Positions 13,424 to 26,408 of a stretch of 64,000 nt of DNA are shown piece by piece. The notes under the pieces are model-generated. The model had not been told where the DNA came from. It did not search any database and worked only from the letters and a program-made list of their open reading frames with translations. The stretch is from Fimbriosthenelais zetlandica (taxonomy: Eukaryota). How positions within the stretch are numbered: position 1 is the first letter of the stretch; each line of letters opens with the position of its first letter. Position numbers and translations under genes: made by a program. The stretch is taken from contig OZ365118.1 in NCBI GenBank assembly GCA_977030845.1, forward strand, positions 19,158,001 through 19,222,000, in the 5' to 3' direction.

Positions 13424-16400
13424 AGAGATCTCCATAAATGCCCCACTTGTCCTCATTATGGGGACAGATGGGGACAGGTGGGGACAGCACCCCGCCCCAT
13501 CTCACCCCTCCTTCACTCCACACCTCACATGTTGTGGTCAGTTAATAGTTGACCCCTCACCCCCTACACTGACCCCTCCTGATGTGACCACTCCATCCTG
13601 CCGACAGACATGCTAGATAAGACAGCCTGAAAGAAGCTGGTATAAATGCACTTTAACTGAAGAGGTGCTCTGTCAATAAACAAATCTCTGGGGCAATAGA
13701 TTCAAGCAATAAAACCTGATTCGTCTATTCTCGATTTTGTTAAACGTTCAGTTCAGCTATCTCAGGACGAGAGGAAACACTGTAGGCACACAATGACCTA
13801 CTCTTCTTGAACTACAGCAATGGTTCTTATACACGCCTCTCATCACAGACAGGAGGGGATATGACTGGCAGTGGTAATCCCAGTTAGCAGCACTGGGTGT
13901 GGTAGAGAGTTGTAGAGATTGTAGTGGCAGGCGTGGTAAAGTGTTGTAGTTAATCTCTACTATAGCCAGTATGAAATATCAGAGCATCTCCAGCCTGGTG
14001 AGTAGTGATCAGTCACTGCTTGACCCCAGACAGCACGCTCCCCGGCCTCTGTCATTCATCACAATCCAAACCTTAACCCCATCAAACATATGGCACGGAC
14101 TATAGGCGAGCTGCCCTCGTAAAATGCCACCTCCATACACTACTAACTATAGGCTGGAGCTGGCGGGGCATGCCCCCCTACCAATCACCACCAATATATA
14201 TAGGAAGGGATTAGGAAGAAGTATTATTTATTAATGAATTTTAGAAGGAAATTTGTAAGAACTGTACTGTATTTCTGTAATAAATACTGTAATCTACCAG
14301 TAACTTCGTGCTGTGATTTTTGTTATTAAGAATTCAGAACAAACATAGTGTCTGGTAGCTGATTTTTTGTTTCTTCACTCAGAGCTTTGTATTGCCTGAG
14401 ATAATCAGGTTTAGTTTTTGTTGGGTTTTCATTTCCCTGGTTTCTTGTTCACCTGACCCTGCTGTGTATCTCTTTACATGGAGTTATAAAACATGCCTCC
14501 ACAGAGAGCTGCTGTCACAGAAGAAGATACAATTCAATAAACATGGTAACAACAAGTCTCATTTATATATCATTACTCGCCCCTTCATCTGCTTCCCGCC
14601 CGGCTCGCGTGATCCGGTTTAAGGACTTTTTATCTCGATCCTAATCCCGGGTCTCTTCCCCTTCTATATCTTTGTTCTCAGGGCTATTAGCATAATCAAT
14701 ACAAGTGGTGTGCCAGGTCTCCACAGTGGTGCCACCACCACCACCACCACCACTCTACAGATGGTGGGGGTAGGGGGGATTGATGTGTTCTATGTGGCTC
14801 TATGACATGTGGGACGATTAGCAGTGATGACCGTTTTATCATAAGGTATCAGGGTGGTGGGTATAAGGAATGGTGACCGTTTATAAGCTAGCTGCTCCAG
14901 CCACACTCTCCACTAAAACAAAGCACGGCTGAGGCAGGCAGTGTGAGGGGAGCAACTATTGGAAGGTAATTAAACAAAGGCAGGGTAATCACGAGAAGCA
15001 ATGGCTTACAATTGGCCTCAATGCTGCTTTTGGTTGAAGCGCTGGAGCATGGGAGTGGGTGGGGGTGGGGGGAGGTGGTGGAGCATGGAGTGGGCGGTGG
15101 GGGGGGGGGAGGCCTTTGTGAATGTGAATTATGTCAATCCTGGTGTTAATCCGCTTCCTCCTGTTGACCTCGCCTCCACCCTGGAGAAGGCTGAGCTGGT
15201 ATAAGCGCTGCACACACAGAAGACAAGCAGTTACATGGAAACACCATCAGTGCTAGCACCAGGGTCAGGCTCAGCCACTACATCATGGCAGCTTCAACCT
15301 GCACAAACTTTAATGCTTAATATCCCTTACTGCTCAACCACTCACCTGCTTCTATTAACAACTCTAAAACCAAATGACCCCAACCTATCTGATTGACAAG
15401 ATTCATGGCAAATGTCATGGCATATCAAAGGCCTATACATAGAGATCCAACGGATGCGATCCATGACAATTCAAGACCATTTTCCATGTTGTGTTTTGCC
15501 TATATTCCTGGGGCTGACATAATTTGTTGGCATCTTAAATCTGCCTGAAAGGTGTCATTACGATGGACAAAGATTAAGTCCAGTCTACTGTATGATAAAC
15601 ATAGACCACCTTTACAAGCCTGGCCCTGGCTGGAAGCTACAGAGAGGATTTTTAGTGATTATTTTTTTCAGTAGATGGAGAGTAAGAGAGCATCTTATGT
15701 TTATTTCCACCTCAGTGGGCCAGTCTTGCCCGGAGATAAGCACCACCCTGGTGACCGATTATTTCCACCAGTTCTGACACGCAGAGAGAGACTCAACTCC
15801 AAATACGAGTACAGTGAGGGAACCATGCCAAGCCTGGCACCAGCCCTGTCCTCCACTAAAACAGTCAAATATAGGGGAGAGATGGAGGGGGGGGGGGGGG
15901 GGGGCGGGGTGGGAGGGTGAGGGATCAAGAGAGAGAAGAGTACACATTCACCATGTAATTCTAGATGACCATCTTTCCCATGCTAACACGAGTAGAGATT
16001 AAAGGATATGCTCACATTGTATTTTACATTTTTTCTTTCATCTAATACGCCTGAAGTGAACAAAAGGAAGCATACAGGTCTGTGTTGATGTAAGGTAGGT
16101 ATATATTGTAAACGTTCACCTAGTAAACACACGGCAAGCAGCAGGCTTATAATAAGGCTATTACAATTCCTCACATGTACAAATAAAAGTCTGTGCTGGA
16201 GGGACGTTAAATAGAATTAACGAACCATCAATCTGTGGTGCTTCTTTGGAGATTAGAATAAATATTTCATAGAGTGCTAATGCTAAACTTCCTGTATGAT
16301 CATGACAATTTAAATATTTATATTCCAAATCACATCTCCACTATGGTGAACCTAATGTCCAATGAATCTGCTTCAAGACAAAAGACAAATGTTGGAAACC

Positions 16401-19400
16401 GAGTCTGGGGAAATAGATTGGACTAGAAAGCTAGAGTTCATTTTTAAATGTCCGCCTGAATAATACATGTTCCCCGGAAAGGTCAGGCTGTTGGTAAGCC
16501 AGTTAAAAAACGAGGTGGTATCCTAACACTGGATGTTATACCACGTGTCATGAAGGTAATAGCCCACTAAATGACGAGGGGAGGTGTAGAAAATACACTG
16601 ATTTAATACACATTAACCTCTATAGGCCATGGGGGGAGTAGGGATAGCGCATATCAATTTAACATTTCATTGTCAAGCTATTATTATGGATTTCTATCAG
16701 AGGGTGAATAGTAAAGATGGGTAGAGACGAGCAGGGACATCATGATTGACATATGAAAGTTTCAATGGAATATAAAGGTGGAGGTGGGACGGTAGAGGGA
16801 TGAGAGAGTTGTGATATAAGGGAGGTGGGTAATGTGATAGAGGTTATTGTTACCTGCTGCTAACATAAGACAGAGACCTCAGGTGAAGGCTGAACACATT
16901 CCACACGGGTTCAAACACACACACAATTCTATTCTTTACATTTCAAACTCTTCACATCCGCATATAGTCAAACGTTAAGGAAACAAAGAGGTTCCCAATT
17001 AACCCCGAAGTCCTATTAGCCCGTTTTTAAATTCCCAAAGGTGAGAATTCGACAGGAATCTGCACTTCTGGCAAGAAAGTGTTGGCGTTGGCAACTATAT
17101 GTGAGCTATGAGAACAGGAAATAGATTTAGACTCGGAATGTTTTCAAAAAATCAAAGGTAATGACTTCATGGAGTGTCCATTGACATGAATCTACTTCTT
17201 CAATAGAGCAATTCATTAAGGAGCAGTAGGGGGATGTGGGGGGAGGGGGGTGGAGTAGTAGTAGTGAGTTCATGAGCTACTCTCCCTCGTCTCTGGTGAC
17301 AAGCCTAGGAGCAGCTCGACTGCTCGGCACACAAACACAGCTTTTCATCATGTTTCTCATGCTGACGTGCTGCAAGGGCTAGAAAGGCAATTAGAGACAA
17401 ATGCCATCAGTCTGCGAAGGCAGGGGGGGGGGGAGGGGGAGGGGGAGGGGGGCCGAGAAAAATGATTCCCGGGTAAATAAATCACATAAGAAGGGCATGA
17501 CCTTGCATCGATCCCCGGCAGGCCCGCTGTCTATATCTATCTCTCCACCCCTTCCTTCCTATAACTACACTGACTCTCATCCCTTCCTCATTCATTGTTC
17601 CGGGTGTAAATTCTGTAAATAAGCGTTCCATTTGTTGGGAGAGATTTTTATTGAATTACATTAGGGTGAAGGTGACTCCACAAGGTAGGAAGGAGGCAAC
17701 CTCATCACAGGACAAAGGCTCCTTTGTTTCATTCCATGTAGCAATGTGATTAAGAAACTGAATTTAGTACCTAAAACCCTTATTTCCAACTAAAGACAAA
17801 TTAAATGGATAAGTGTTTAAATAAAATTCATAGTCCGTCTAACCTTTAGAATTTGGAGAAGGCATGATGATTTGTTAATGGAATGAAGCCTGATTTTAAG
17901 TTGACACTTTGAACATCCCGGCAAAAAGGGTTAACTCCTAGAGTTTCCTGATCCCGGGGCCATGGTCCGGAGGACGGAAATATTGTAACAGTATTAATTT
18001 TGCCTTTTTTTAACACGGATGAAAAAGCTTATGGATACCCTGGGCAAGTGTTCATTTGGCCAGAAACATGTTTTAGGAAAATCTGTGGATTCTCTCATGT
18101 TTTTATTGTCATTTTTAACCAAATTCGCCAATTATTTCAGAGAGGAAACTGAGACGGATTTTTTTAAATTAAAAGTTCCAGGGTCTCTGGAACTCATCAG
18201 AACAAATAAGATGAGAATGGTGGCCAGTGTCTTCTGGGAGGGATGGGTTCCTGACTCGGCCTTATAGTGGAGATTACTGGCCAGGTGAGTAGGTCATTTC
18301 AAATACGAAGAAAAAAACCCAAAACACAGCACTTATATCCCGGCCATAGAACCCGAGCCTCAGGTCTACGTTTATAAGGCAGACCAGCGGAAATATTTAA
18401 CTACTTCTGGGAAACTCAATCCCCAACATAATGTAAAAGTATTTCTGAGAAAATATCCACGAGGAAAGATTTGCCAATCTCTCTGCAAGCAATCTTTTTT
18501 CCGCAGACAGAAATAATTGAATGAAGGATTCCTTTCCTTCTGGGAAAGATCTCACCGGGATTTTAGTCCGTGAATCGGATCACAAGTTAATCAGAGGTGA
18601 CGAAGTCAAAGCTTTAAAAAGTAGAGGGCCGGGGGGATGAAGAGAGGAGTAGCATACATTATAGGCCTGGCTCAACACTCAAATACAATAATAATCTCAC
18701 TCTCAATACGACTGGCATATGTAAGAGGATAAGTGGATATTAGCATAATCCATGACAAATAGTTGACATTAAACTGTAAGTACATAACTACATGTACAAA
18801 GTACATTAACAATTGGTTAAAATACTGATTACTTTATCTTAAATAAAATTAATCAGGTGTTGATTTGAATAATGGGTGCTATTTAGAATCAATATGGTAT
18901 ATCTACCAGGTGTCTGACTCCAGCCCCCCACCCTGCCATCCAGGGATCCCTGCTCCCCTAAAAAAATCCATGTAGACTTGCACTGTTCCCTCAACTCATA
19001 ATTTCACAGGAAATCTACACATTTAAGATTCATTTTGATCTCAATTTTCACTCTAATTCTGTCACCGACTACAGATTTTCAGTGGATCCTATTTGAATGT
19101 AATTTAAGCCAGGAGTTGGACCAGTTTAGTATCAGGGCAGGGCTGGAGCATCTTCTCCCTGTGTACCATTAATAATGCTTAAAGCTACCTGTTTATAGCG
19201 GAAGGTGGTCGCTGCCATGTCAAATCACTGCCACCAGCGGTGACGGCCAAGCTCCCATCTTATCACCTCTAAATCTACTCTATATGAAGGGATAAACAGA
19301 AATATGTCCCTCCATACCCCCACAAACCATCCCCAGACCCCCACAAACCATCTCCACTATGAAATCTTAATATGAGTGTTGACAATAACCAGGGCCAAAG

Positions 19401-22400
19401 CAAGGCAAAACACACCAATAAACCCAAAAGATGCCTCGAAAAAATGTAGCAAAAAATCCTTATGAATTCAAATAAATAATTGATTATCTTGAAATGCCTT
19501 CAATTACCACATAAACTGTTAACTTCCTAGAATCAATGAATTGAAATACAATTTGGACTCATTTATTTTACATCACATAAAACGGGCAGGAAAAAGCCTG
19601 GGCCAGTGGAGTAAGGAGGGAGTATTTTAGTACGCCATCAAGGCACGAGGTGACGCCCCAGTATGGACCATCACCGGCTCTTACTACGCAGCACAGGCAA
19701 AGTGGTGTGAGATTAAAACTCACCGACATACAGGCCTGTTTACACAACCCCTAAACACCACCTACTAATCTCAACAAGTCCTTTATACCCACCTTTATAT
19801 CTAATACAGCGGGGGAGGGGCGGGGGGCGGGGGGCGGGGTAAGCCCGTCATAAAACATACAGACCGTCATAAAGATGATATCAATCTCAAAGTGGACGGA
19901 TCAAATCAGATTGAATGAAATAAAAGTTAAACAGTGGGGTAATGTTTCTTAATGGTATATGGTATATAAGTATTAACCCCAGTGTTATTAGTGTTATATG
20001 ACTGTGGTCTTTTATTCACGCCAGGGTTTAAATGGGCTCTTATTTTTACAGGCATTAGTCGCCTGTCAGTGGATTATTTTGATACAGTGGTGATTGTGAC
20101 TTGTTATTCTGGTGTAGAATATTTAGAGCGTGTTATGTCCTGACCTAGTATTGGGAACCTTTGCCACTAAGTACACTTACTGCTAACACCATAACAAAAG
20201 TCATCACATTAAATTCAGTGAAAATTACCTCAAACTCCCAAGTCATTTTAACATCTATTATGCAATCAGAGTTCTATCAGGTAAGATATTTGTCTATGTA
20301 TCTCCATACATTGTTTTTTCAATCCAATACATCAAACTCAATGTCTGGGCCGGATCAATGGTTTCATAACACGACCCATCCTTAATATCAAATATCAAAA
20401 GCCATCAAATTAATATCTCAATGGATACAATACGGAGCAGCTTCTATATGATGAGCCTGTGTAGGTGATTGTTACAGTATGATTATATATTGATAATTCA
20501 TACTTTAAATGATCCATGTACTATAGGGACTTTGAGAGATGATATAAGACAGTAGCGAGGCCCGGGATCACTGGTATGGTACCACTTGTTAATCTCTGGG
20601 CTCATTCTCTTTCAACTGTGGACATATTGGCCTGGAGGCGATAACAATACATCTCCACACACCTTTTGGCAGGGTGTCAATCCAGGTGTAGAACTGAGGA
20701 TTAGGTGCATGACCTTAGGCTGGTCAGGTCTGGTACAAGCAAGGAGTTATCTCAAACATTTAATGGCATCATAATTATACTGGGTATGTTGAAAGTCCAG
20801 TCAGCAATCTTTCAGCTATCTTAGGACTGGGACAGTAGGGAATACCTTGTCGGTACAAAATGGCCTGCTCTTCACGAACAACCGCAGTGGGTCGTGAACA
20901 TGCCTCCCATTAACATACATACATGGATTTTGATATCTCAGTTAGCAGCAATAGGTGAAGAATGAAAATGTCCATATTTGGAGTATGAACATTAATTGAA
21001 TTTCGAGTATGAATGATAGTAACTATACATTCCAATGCTTGCTATTGGAGGTCGGCAGGAGATTAGTAAACATAAGCAGACGAGTTATACATTATTTGTA
21101 TTTGTCTGGTGACATTTCATTCACTCTTGCCGCAGTACCAAATGTGTGGGCGCCTGTGTGGGCAGTCTTCCTCATTACTCAATCACACTAGACTTGTCGC
21201 TGTCTCTCATCCTCATTATTATTTTCATAATCTAATTAAATCTTAAATCAAATACAAATTTAGATCCATTTTACCTGATGAGCGGTGGAATCAAGTCATT
21301 AATTTAGAGCCGGTGTAAATCATTCAGTTATAAATAAAACCTGTTATATTTAATTGCGCGGGGAGCAATTTCATCATTCCTGGTCAATATTTTAGATGGG
21401 TGATAATCCATTTTATTTATTGGGTATTTAGTGTTTTAAGTTGATTATTTGAGGTGGTGGGTGTACAATGGTTGATGGTATCTAGTAATGTGATCATTTA
21501 TGTGGAGTATATTAAGTGTAGACCTATATTAGCATCCTCTCTATAGGGGTGAGTATGAGTTATTGACGAGCCACTTTATTAGAAAGGCCACTTGAGTGGT
21601 CAGTGAGAGAGAAACAAAGGAGTGGTCAGCCAGGCGGGGGTGGGGGGGGGGGGTAGGGAGCCTGGCCATCTGGGTTATGGTGGGTGTAGGGGGGAGGGAG
21701 GGGATGTAGGGAGTAGATCTATAGATCAATACGTTCACTAATCCCCCTGTGGTAATCTGACCAGCTTACCGTTATATCCTCGTCTATAAATAGCCTTACA
21801 TAATGCAACAGTTGCTCGTGTTTTGAGAAATGTAAAGCCTCGAGCAGAATATGACCTGAGGAATGTTTCTAATATGCTGAGATCTGATCAGCTGATTATT
21901 CTTAGCCTTCTCACGTCTAAATAATCAGTAATTACACCAGCACAACATATTAATGGAACTGTTTCTTCATATTAAAAGATAACGGAGAAATGATAAAATG
22001 GCAGAGATAAATAAAATGGAAATAGAGGAGATGATGGAGTAAAGGTAGGATATGACAGGAATTGATCCATCAGTCCTGATCAATGGTTGAGATGTTATTC
22101 CTTATCAATTAATGTCACACGGACAGCTGTATCCTACAGCCATGTAGCGGAGACAGGAATGTGTGAGCATACTAATTGATACTCATAATCCCACTACAAT
22201 ATATACAGCTACATGTTAACCACATAAAGTACAAAGACACGCATTAACAATGACACACTGACCACTTAATGCCGCCTTTTATATTCACTCCCTGTATGAG
22301 GTATAATAAATGTTAGACATTGTGTGTGTAATATTTTATCAGCTTATTTCTGATATTTTACTGGTAGAGGTCAGCGTTATTGGAGCACGCGAGACTGTCA

Positions 22401-22486
22401 TCAGACGAGTGTAAATACACCAGAACGTATACATGGCCTGGTCAACTTAAATAATTATAACCCACATATCTCACAACCCAGTCACA

Positions 22487-22637
22487 AACCAAACTCCCAC
22501 CAAACCAGTCACCAACCCACCCAACTCCCACCAACCCAGTCACTAACCCAACTCCCACCAACCCAGTCATCAACCCACCAGCCTATCTACCTTACCACCA
22601 GCCTATCTACCTTACCACCAACCTATCTAACCACCCG
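22487..22637. repeat. C/A-rich compound tandem repeat
   Basis: ccagtcac/aactcccaccaa units followed by cagcctatctaccttaccac units. Confidence 0.8.
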
Positions 22638-25600
22638 CCCATCAACATAATAGCCCACAAACCCACCCACACACATCGAATAAAGTTAATGCATATATCT
22701 ATCAATGGTAAAATGGCACGACCTAATTCATGGAATATTGTATAAGCTATAATTTAGTAATTGGGAAATAATTTGTTTAATCTTTGGATTTGCTCATTAT
22801 CATAACTGAGATAAATCGTTCACACACCTCGGCCTATGTGGGTCAGTAATGGTCAGTCTATAATGATCTAGTTAATAGGATCAGGTCTATGACTGTATGA
22901 ATGTCCTCTATGGCTATCCTACCGCACCTTTTTCCATTGGTGAAATACCAATAGCCAGCTGCTATATCTACACAGGGACAGACTCAGCAGGCATGGACAC
23001 ACAGTGAGTGTATAACAGCAGGCCGTGTGCTGGAACCACCGCATTCCTCCATACATTCACACTCCCCCCTATCACTCGACACATTAATTCACCCTATTTT
23101 AAACCTTGTTTTAATTTGTGTAGTTACCCGCCGTAGAATGGGTCCAGTTGTGTCGAGGATGAGAGGGAATGAGGCGAGGCAGTGGGAAGAAACAAAGCCC
23201 CAAGATCAAACACTGGTCTTCATAATTCACCGATTTCATTTAACTCTCTCATCCCCCTCATGTCCCCCTGTGAGGCATGCAAATTGGATTTGCAGCAAAA
23301 GCAGCCTAGGTAATTGAATCTAGTAAAGAACTGCGACAAAACATTTCCAATGTTCAACAATGAGAGGGAAGTCTGTCTTAAAACTATCTAATATGAACTC
23401 TGTGAATTTCAAACGTTTTTCAGTGCGCAGTTCTCATGATGATTCAGCCAATATTTATGGGAATTTTAAGGTTTTTGCACCGAGTGGTGGAGAGTTTATT
23501 TTACATTATATTCTCAAGAGAATGGAAGCGGAGTGGAGTATGGATGGATATGGTGGGGAGGAGTAGTAGACAGTTTGCAATAACATGGCCATCGATCCTC
23601 CTCCTCAGCCCTTCCTCCTTATCAAAGGCGAACCATGGGTGGGGTAGGGGCAGGCTTTGATCACAAACATATAGAGTATCTGAAGGAATAGTCATCTGGA
23701 ATCCACAGCCATTTGGGGCTAAAAAAGGGGCGGTTTTTATAATAACTGTACAAGTGCACACAACAAGCAGCACACAGGTGTGTCATGGTGATATGGGGAA
23801 GGGGAGAAGGGGAAGAGAGGAAGAGGTTGAGAGGGCAGGGGGAAGAGAGGGAGCAGGGGGAAAAGAATGAGGGTAACAAATCAGGGTATTATCAGGGACA
23901 AGAGGAAGAGATATAGAGGGGATCTAGAGAATGACTGGAGGAAGAGGAGGAAGGATGGGAGGAGAAGCAGTACTGAGAATACAGGAAGTAGACTACAGGT
24001 TGGCATCTTCCCATCAGGCACTCTGCCTCAAAGACTTGTAAAATCTTCTACCTGTACTCATCTCTCTCCTCTCTACCTCCAATACTAACTGTACATGTAA
24101 GACAACACCCAGCACAGTAAGAGTGGGATAGTTCTCTATGTGAAATACGATACTTGGTATTAGCTAGTGTCGTCAGACCCAGGGGTGCATTACTCTCAAT
24201 GCATTCCACCAGGCATTGATGCAGCTTAATGTTTCCATTTAAATCAAAGTCCTAAAAAACCTGATACATTGAGAATGCTTCCTTCAAAATGCAACAGAAA
24301 ATAAACTTCTACTTTCATATAATCATTGTATTAGACACATACAAGACCATGAGGTTTTTCCGTTTTTCCAGCAGTCAGGTAAGGATTAAGTAATCCAGGT
24401 TTTGTGGGCTTGTTTTCGGGGAGAAACAACCACAAAATTGTCACGCGATATTTATGACTTCCCATTTCTACGGTGTGAAGAACACACTGAAAATTCCCCG
24501 GGAATATTAACTTTCTGATCTATTATAAATGTAATTTACTTCCCGACTGCTCTACTTGTTCGTTTCCGAGGCGGCAGGTGAGAAAAGTAATATAATTCTG
24601 TTTAATTATAATCCAATCTTCTCTTCTTTACATGGTCTGAAAACGAGTGCACGGGCTGCCATCTACTACGGTACATTCTGACAGAACAAAGAGGAGAGAG
24701 CGGAGAAGGGAATATGAAATATCATCCTACTTTAGACTTGAGGCCATAGTTTGAATATCATAGTAGGTGCTTTCTGAGGAGAAAGGGAGAATGTGATTTG
24801 GTCACAGCTGTAACTGTTACTCTATAGAATTCCATGCTAAAGTAACAGCCCCCGAAATCCACACCCACCCACCCCCAGCACGCGCCAGCCACCTCCAAAC
24901 ATCCCAATAACTCTCTCCTCTCTCTATCCTGCTCCCTTCCTGTTGACAGGGTATAAAAAGGACAAATAGGTCAGGCAACTGTAACAAGGGACCAATTTCA
25001 TTTTTGGACCCAGTTACTAAAGTAAAGGCCAAATGTATTATGAAATCTGACCATGAGGGACCACAGAATCATGTTTTACACTTTTCCAGTGGCTGCTTCA
25101 TTTCAAAACGCACCTCCGGTTTCACAGGAAATACATCTCACCTTCTAACTTTTCCCACACAAGAGAAATAGTCTCCATTTAACGGGCCAGAAAAATGGGA
25201 TTTTGGCTCAAATTGTGAACAAGAATGACCCCAGTCAATTGAGTGAGATGATTCTTTCTCGTGGCTGGATTGCCCAGGAGGTTTGTAGAGTGGGAGGGAT
25301 GATGGTAACACGTTCACAGCGCTCTATTGTCGGGGGGGGGGGGGGGGGGGGGCAGGGAATTGTTCACAGTGAAGTGAGCTATCATTTGATGGATTGAAGA
25401 CATGTGACCTGCCCTGACCCCGACTAAAAGCGTGTGTGCTAATATACATGTAAAGGGAGAAGGTCCATATAATATAGTCCCGGCCTCCACCACTTTACTC
25501 TTTATCAACTAAATATTGATTTCAATAAATTAATTTAAATGTATTTGTTATTATGTCGTTAAAATGTTCAGATAAGCTTCCAACAGTAAATGCTATAAAT

Positions 25601-26400
25601 ATCTATTAATATTTACGGCCATGTCTAGTTAAAAACACATATATACAGCTAATGTATTCTGCATACATGGATATTGACCTCAGAAATGTATGTATATAAA
25701 ATAATAAGCCATTCTTTTGGTTTGAAAGTCTCTATGGCCATAAAGCTTATATGAGTGTATGATAGGGCCTAACATAGAGAAGCCTGTAAACATGTAGCTG
25801 GCAACATGTGACCACCATGGCGACAGCTGACATGGGTATTGTGAGATACACTTCATCTTTATCTTCTCCTGGGTTTTCTCAATAGGAAATTATCATCGCC
25901 GGGCCATCACTTTTATAATCATTGCTTTTGTGGATTTTACTGTACATGGGGCTTTGGGTTTAAGGGGGAGAGACAGTATAATAATTAAGGTAAATATTGG
26001 CATTCATTGTAATATTTTATAGGTATTTTAAGCTGTATAATACTTTGCTGCCATAATAAATGTGATTTTAGACTAAGTGAAGTCCTGTATACCTGAATGG
26101 TGGGATCTAAGCGGGCGATCAGTACATTAGATGCCACAGTAGAGATTGATCATGCCTCGCCTGAATTGTGACAGGGAGCAAAGCGGTGGGCCCCGGGCGG
26201 CCCAAACACACCATAGAGATCTACATGAAAGGGCCATCGCCTTCAAAGAATGGCCTGAGGAGGAGTGGTGCTCAAAGTGGTGCTATATAGAGAGTGGTGC
26301 AAGTGGTGGTGTGGAGCAGAGACAGAACAGCTTCCTTGGTTACCACATAAGGGTGCTGTTGTTGTTATGCCTGTTTCCCATGGCAACCATCTTGTCTCAC

Positions 26401-26408
26401 CTGTGTCA
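26401..26408 (-). other. Candidate 8-nt stop-codon microexon in AFF intron 3
   Basis: About 40-nt pyrimidine-rich tract + ttacag|TGACACAG|gtgaga. After the phase-0 exon 3 the first codon is TGA. Confidence 0.45.

Noticed and set aside
12740-13616. Several long ORFs with repetitive peptides
   Set aside because: By-products of stop-free minisatellite units.
15675-15920. Protein-looking plus-strand ORF with an upstream acceptor (possible nested gene exon)
   Set aside because: No recognisable family and no partner exons found.
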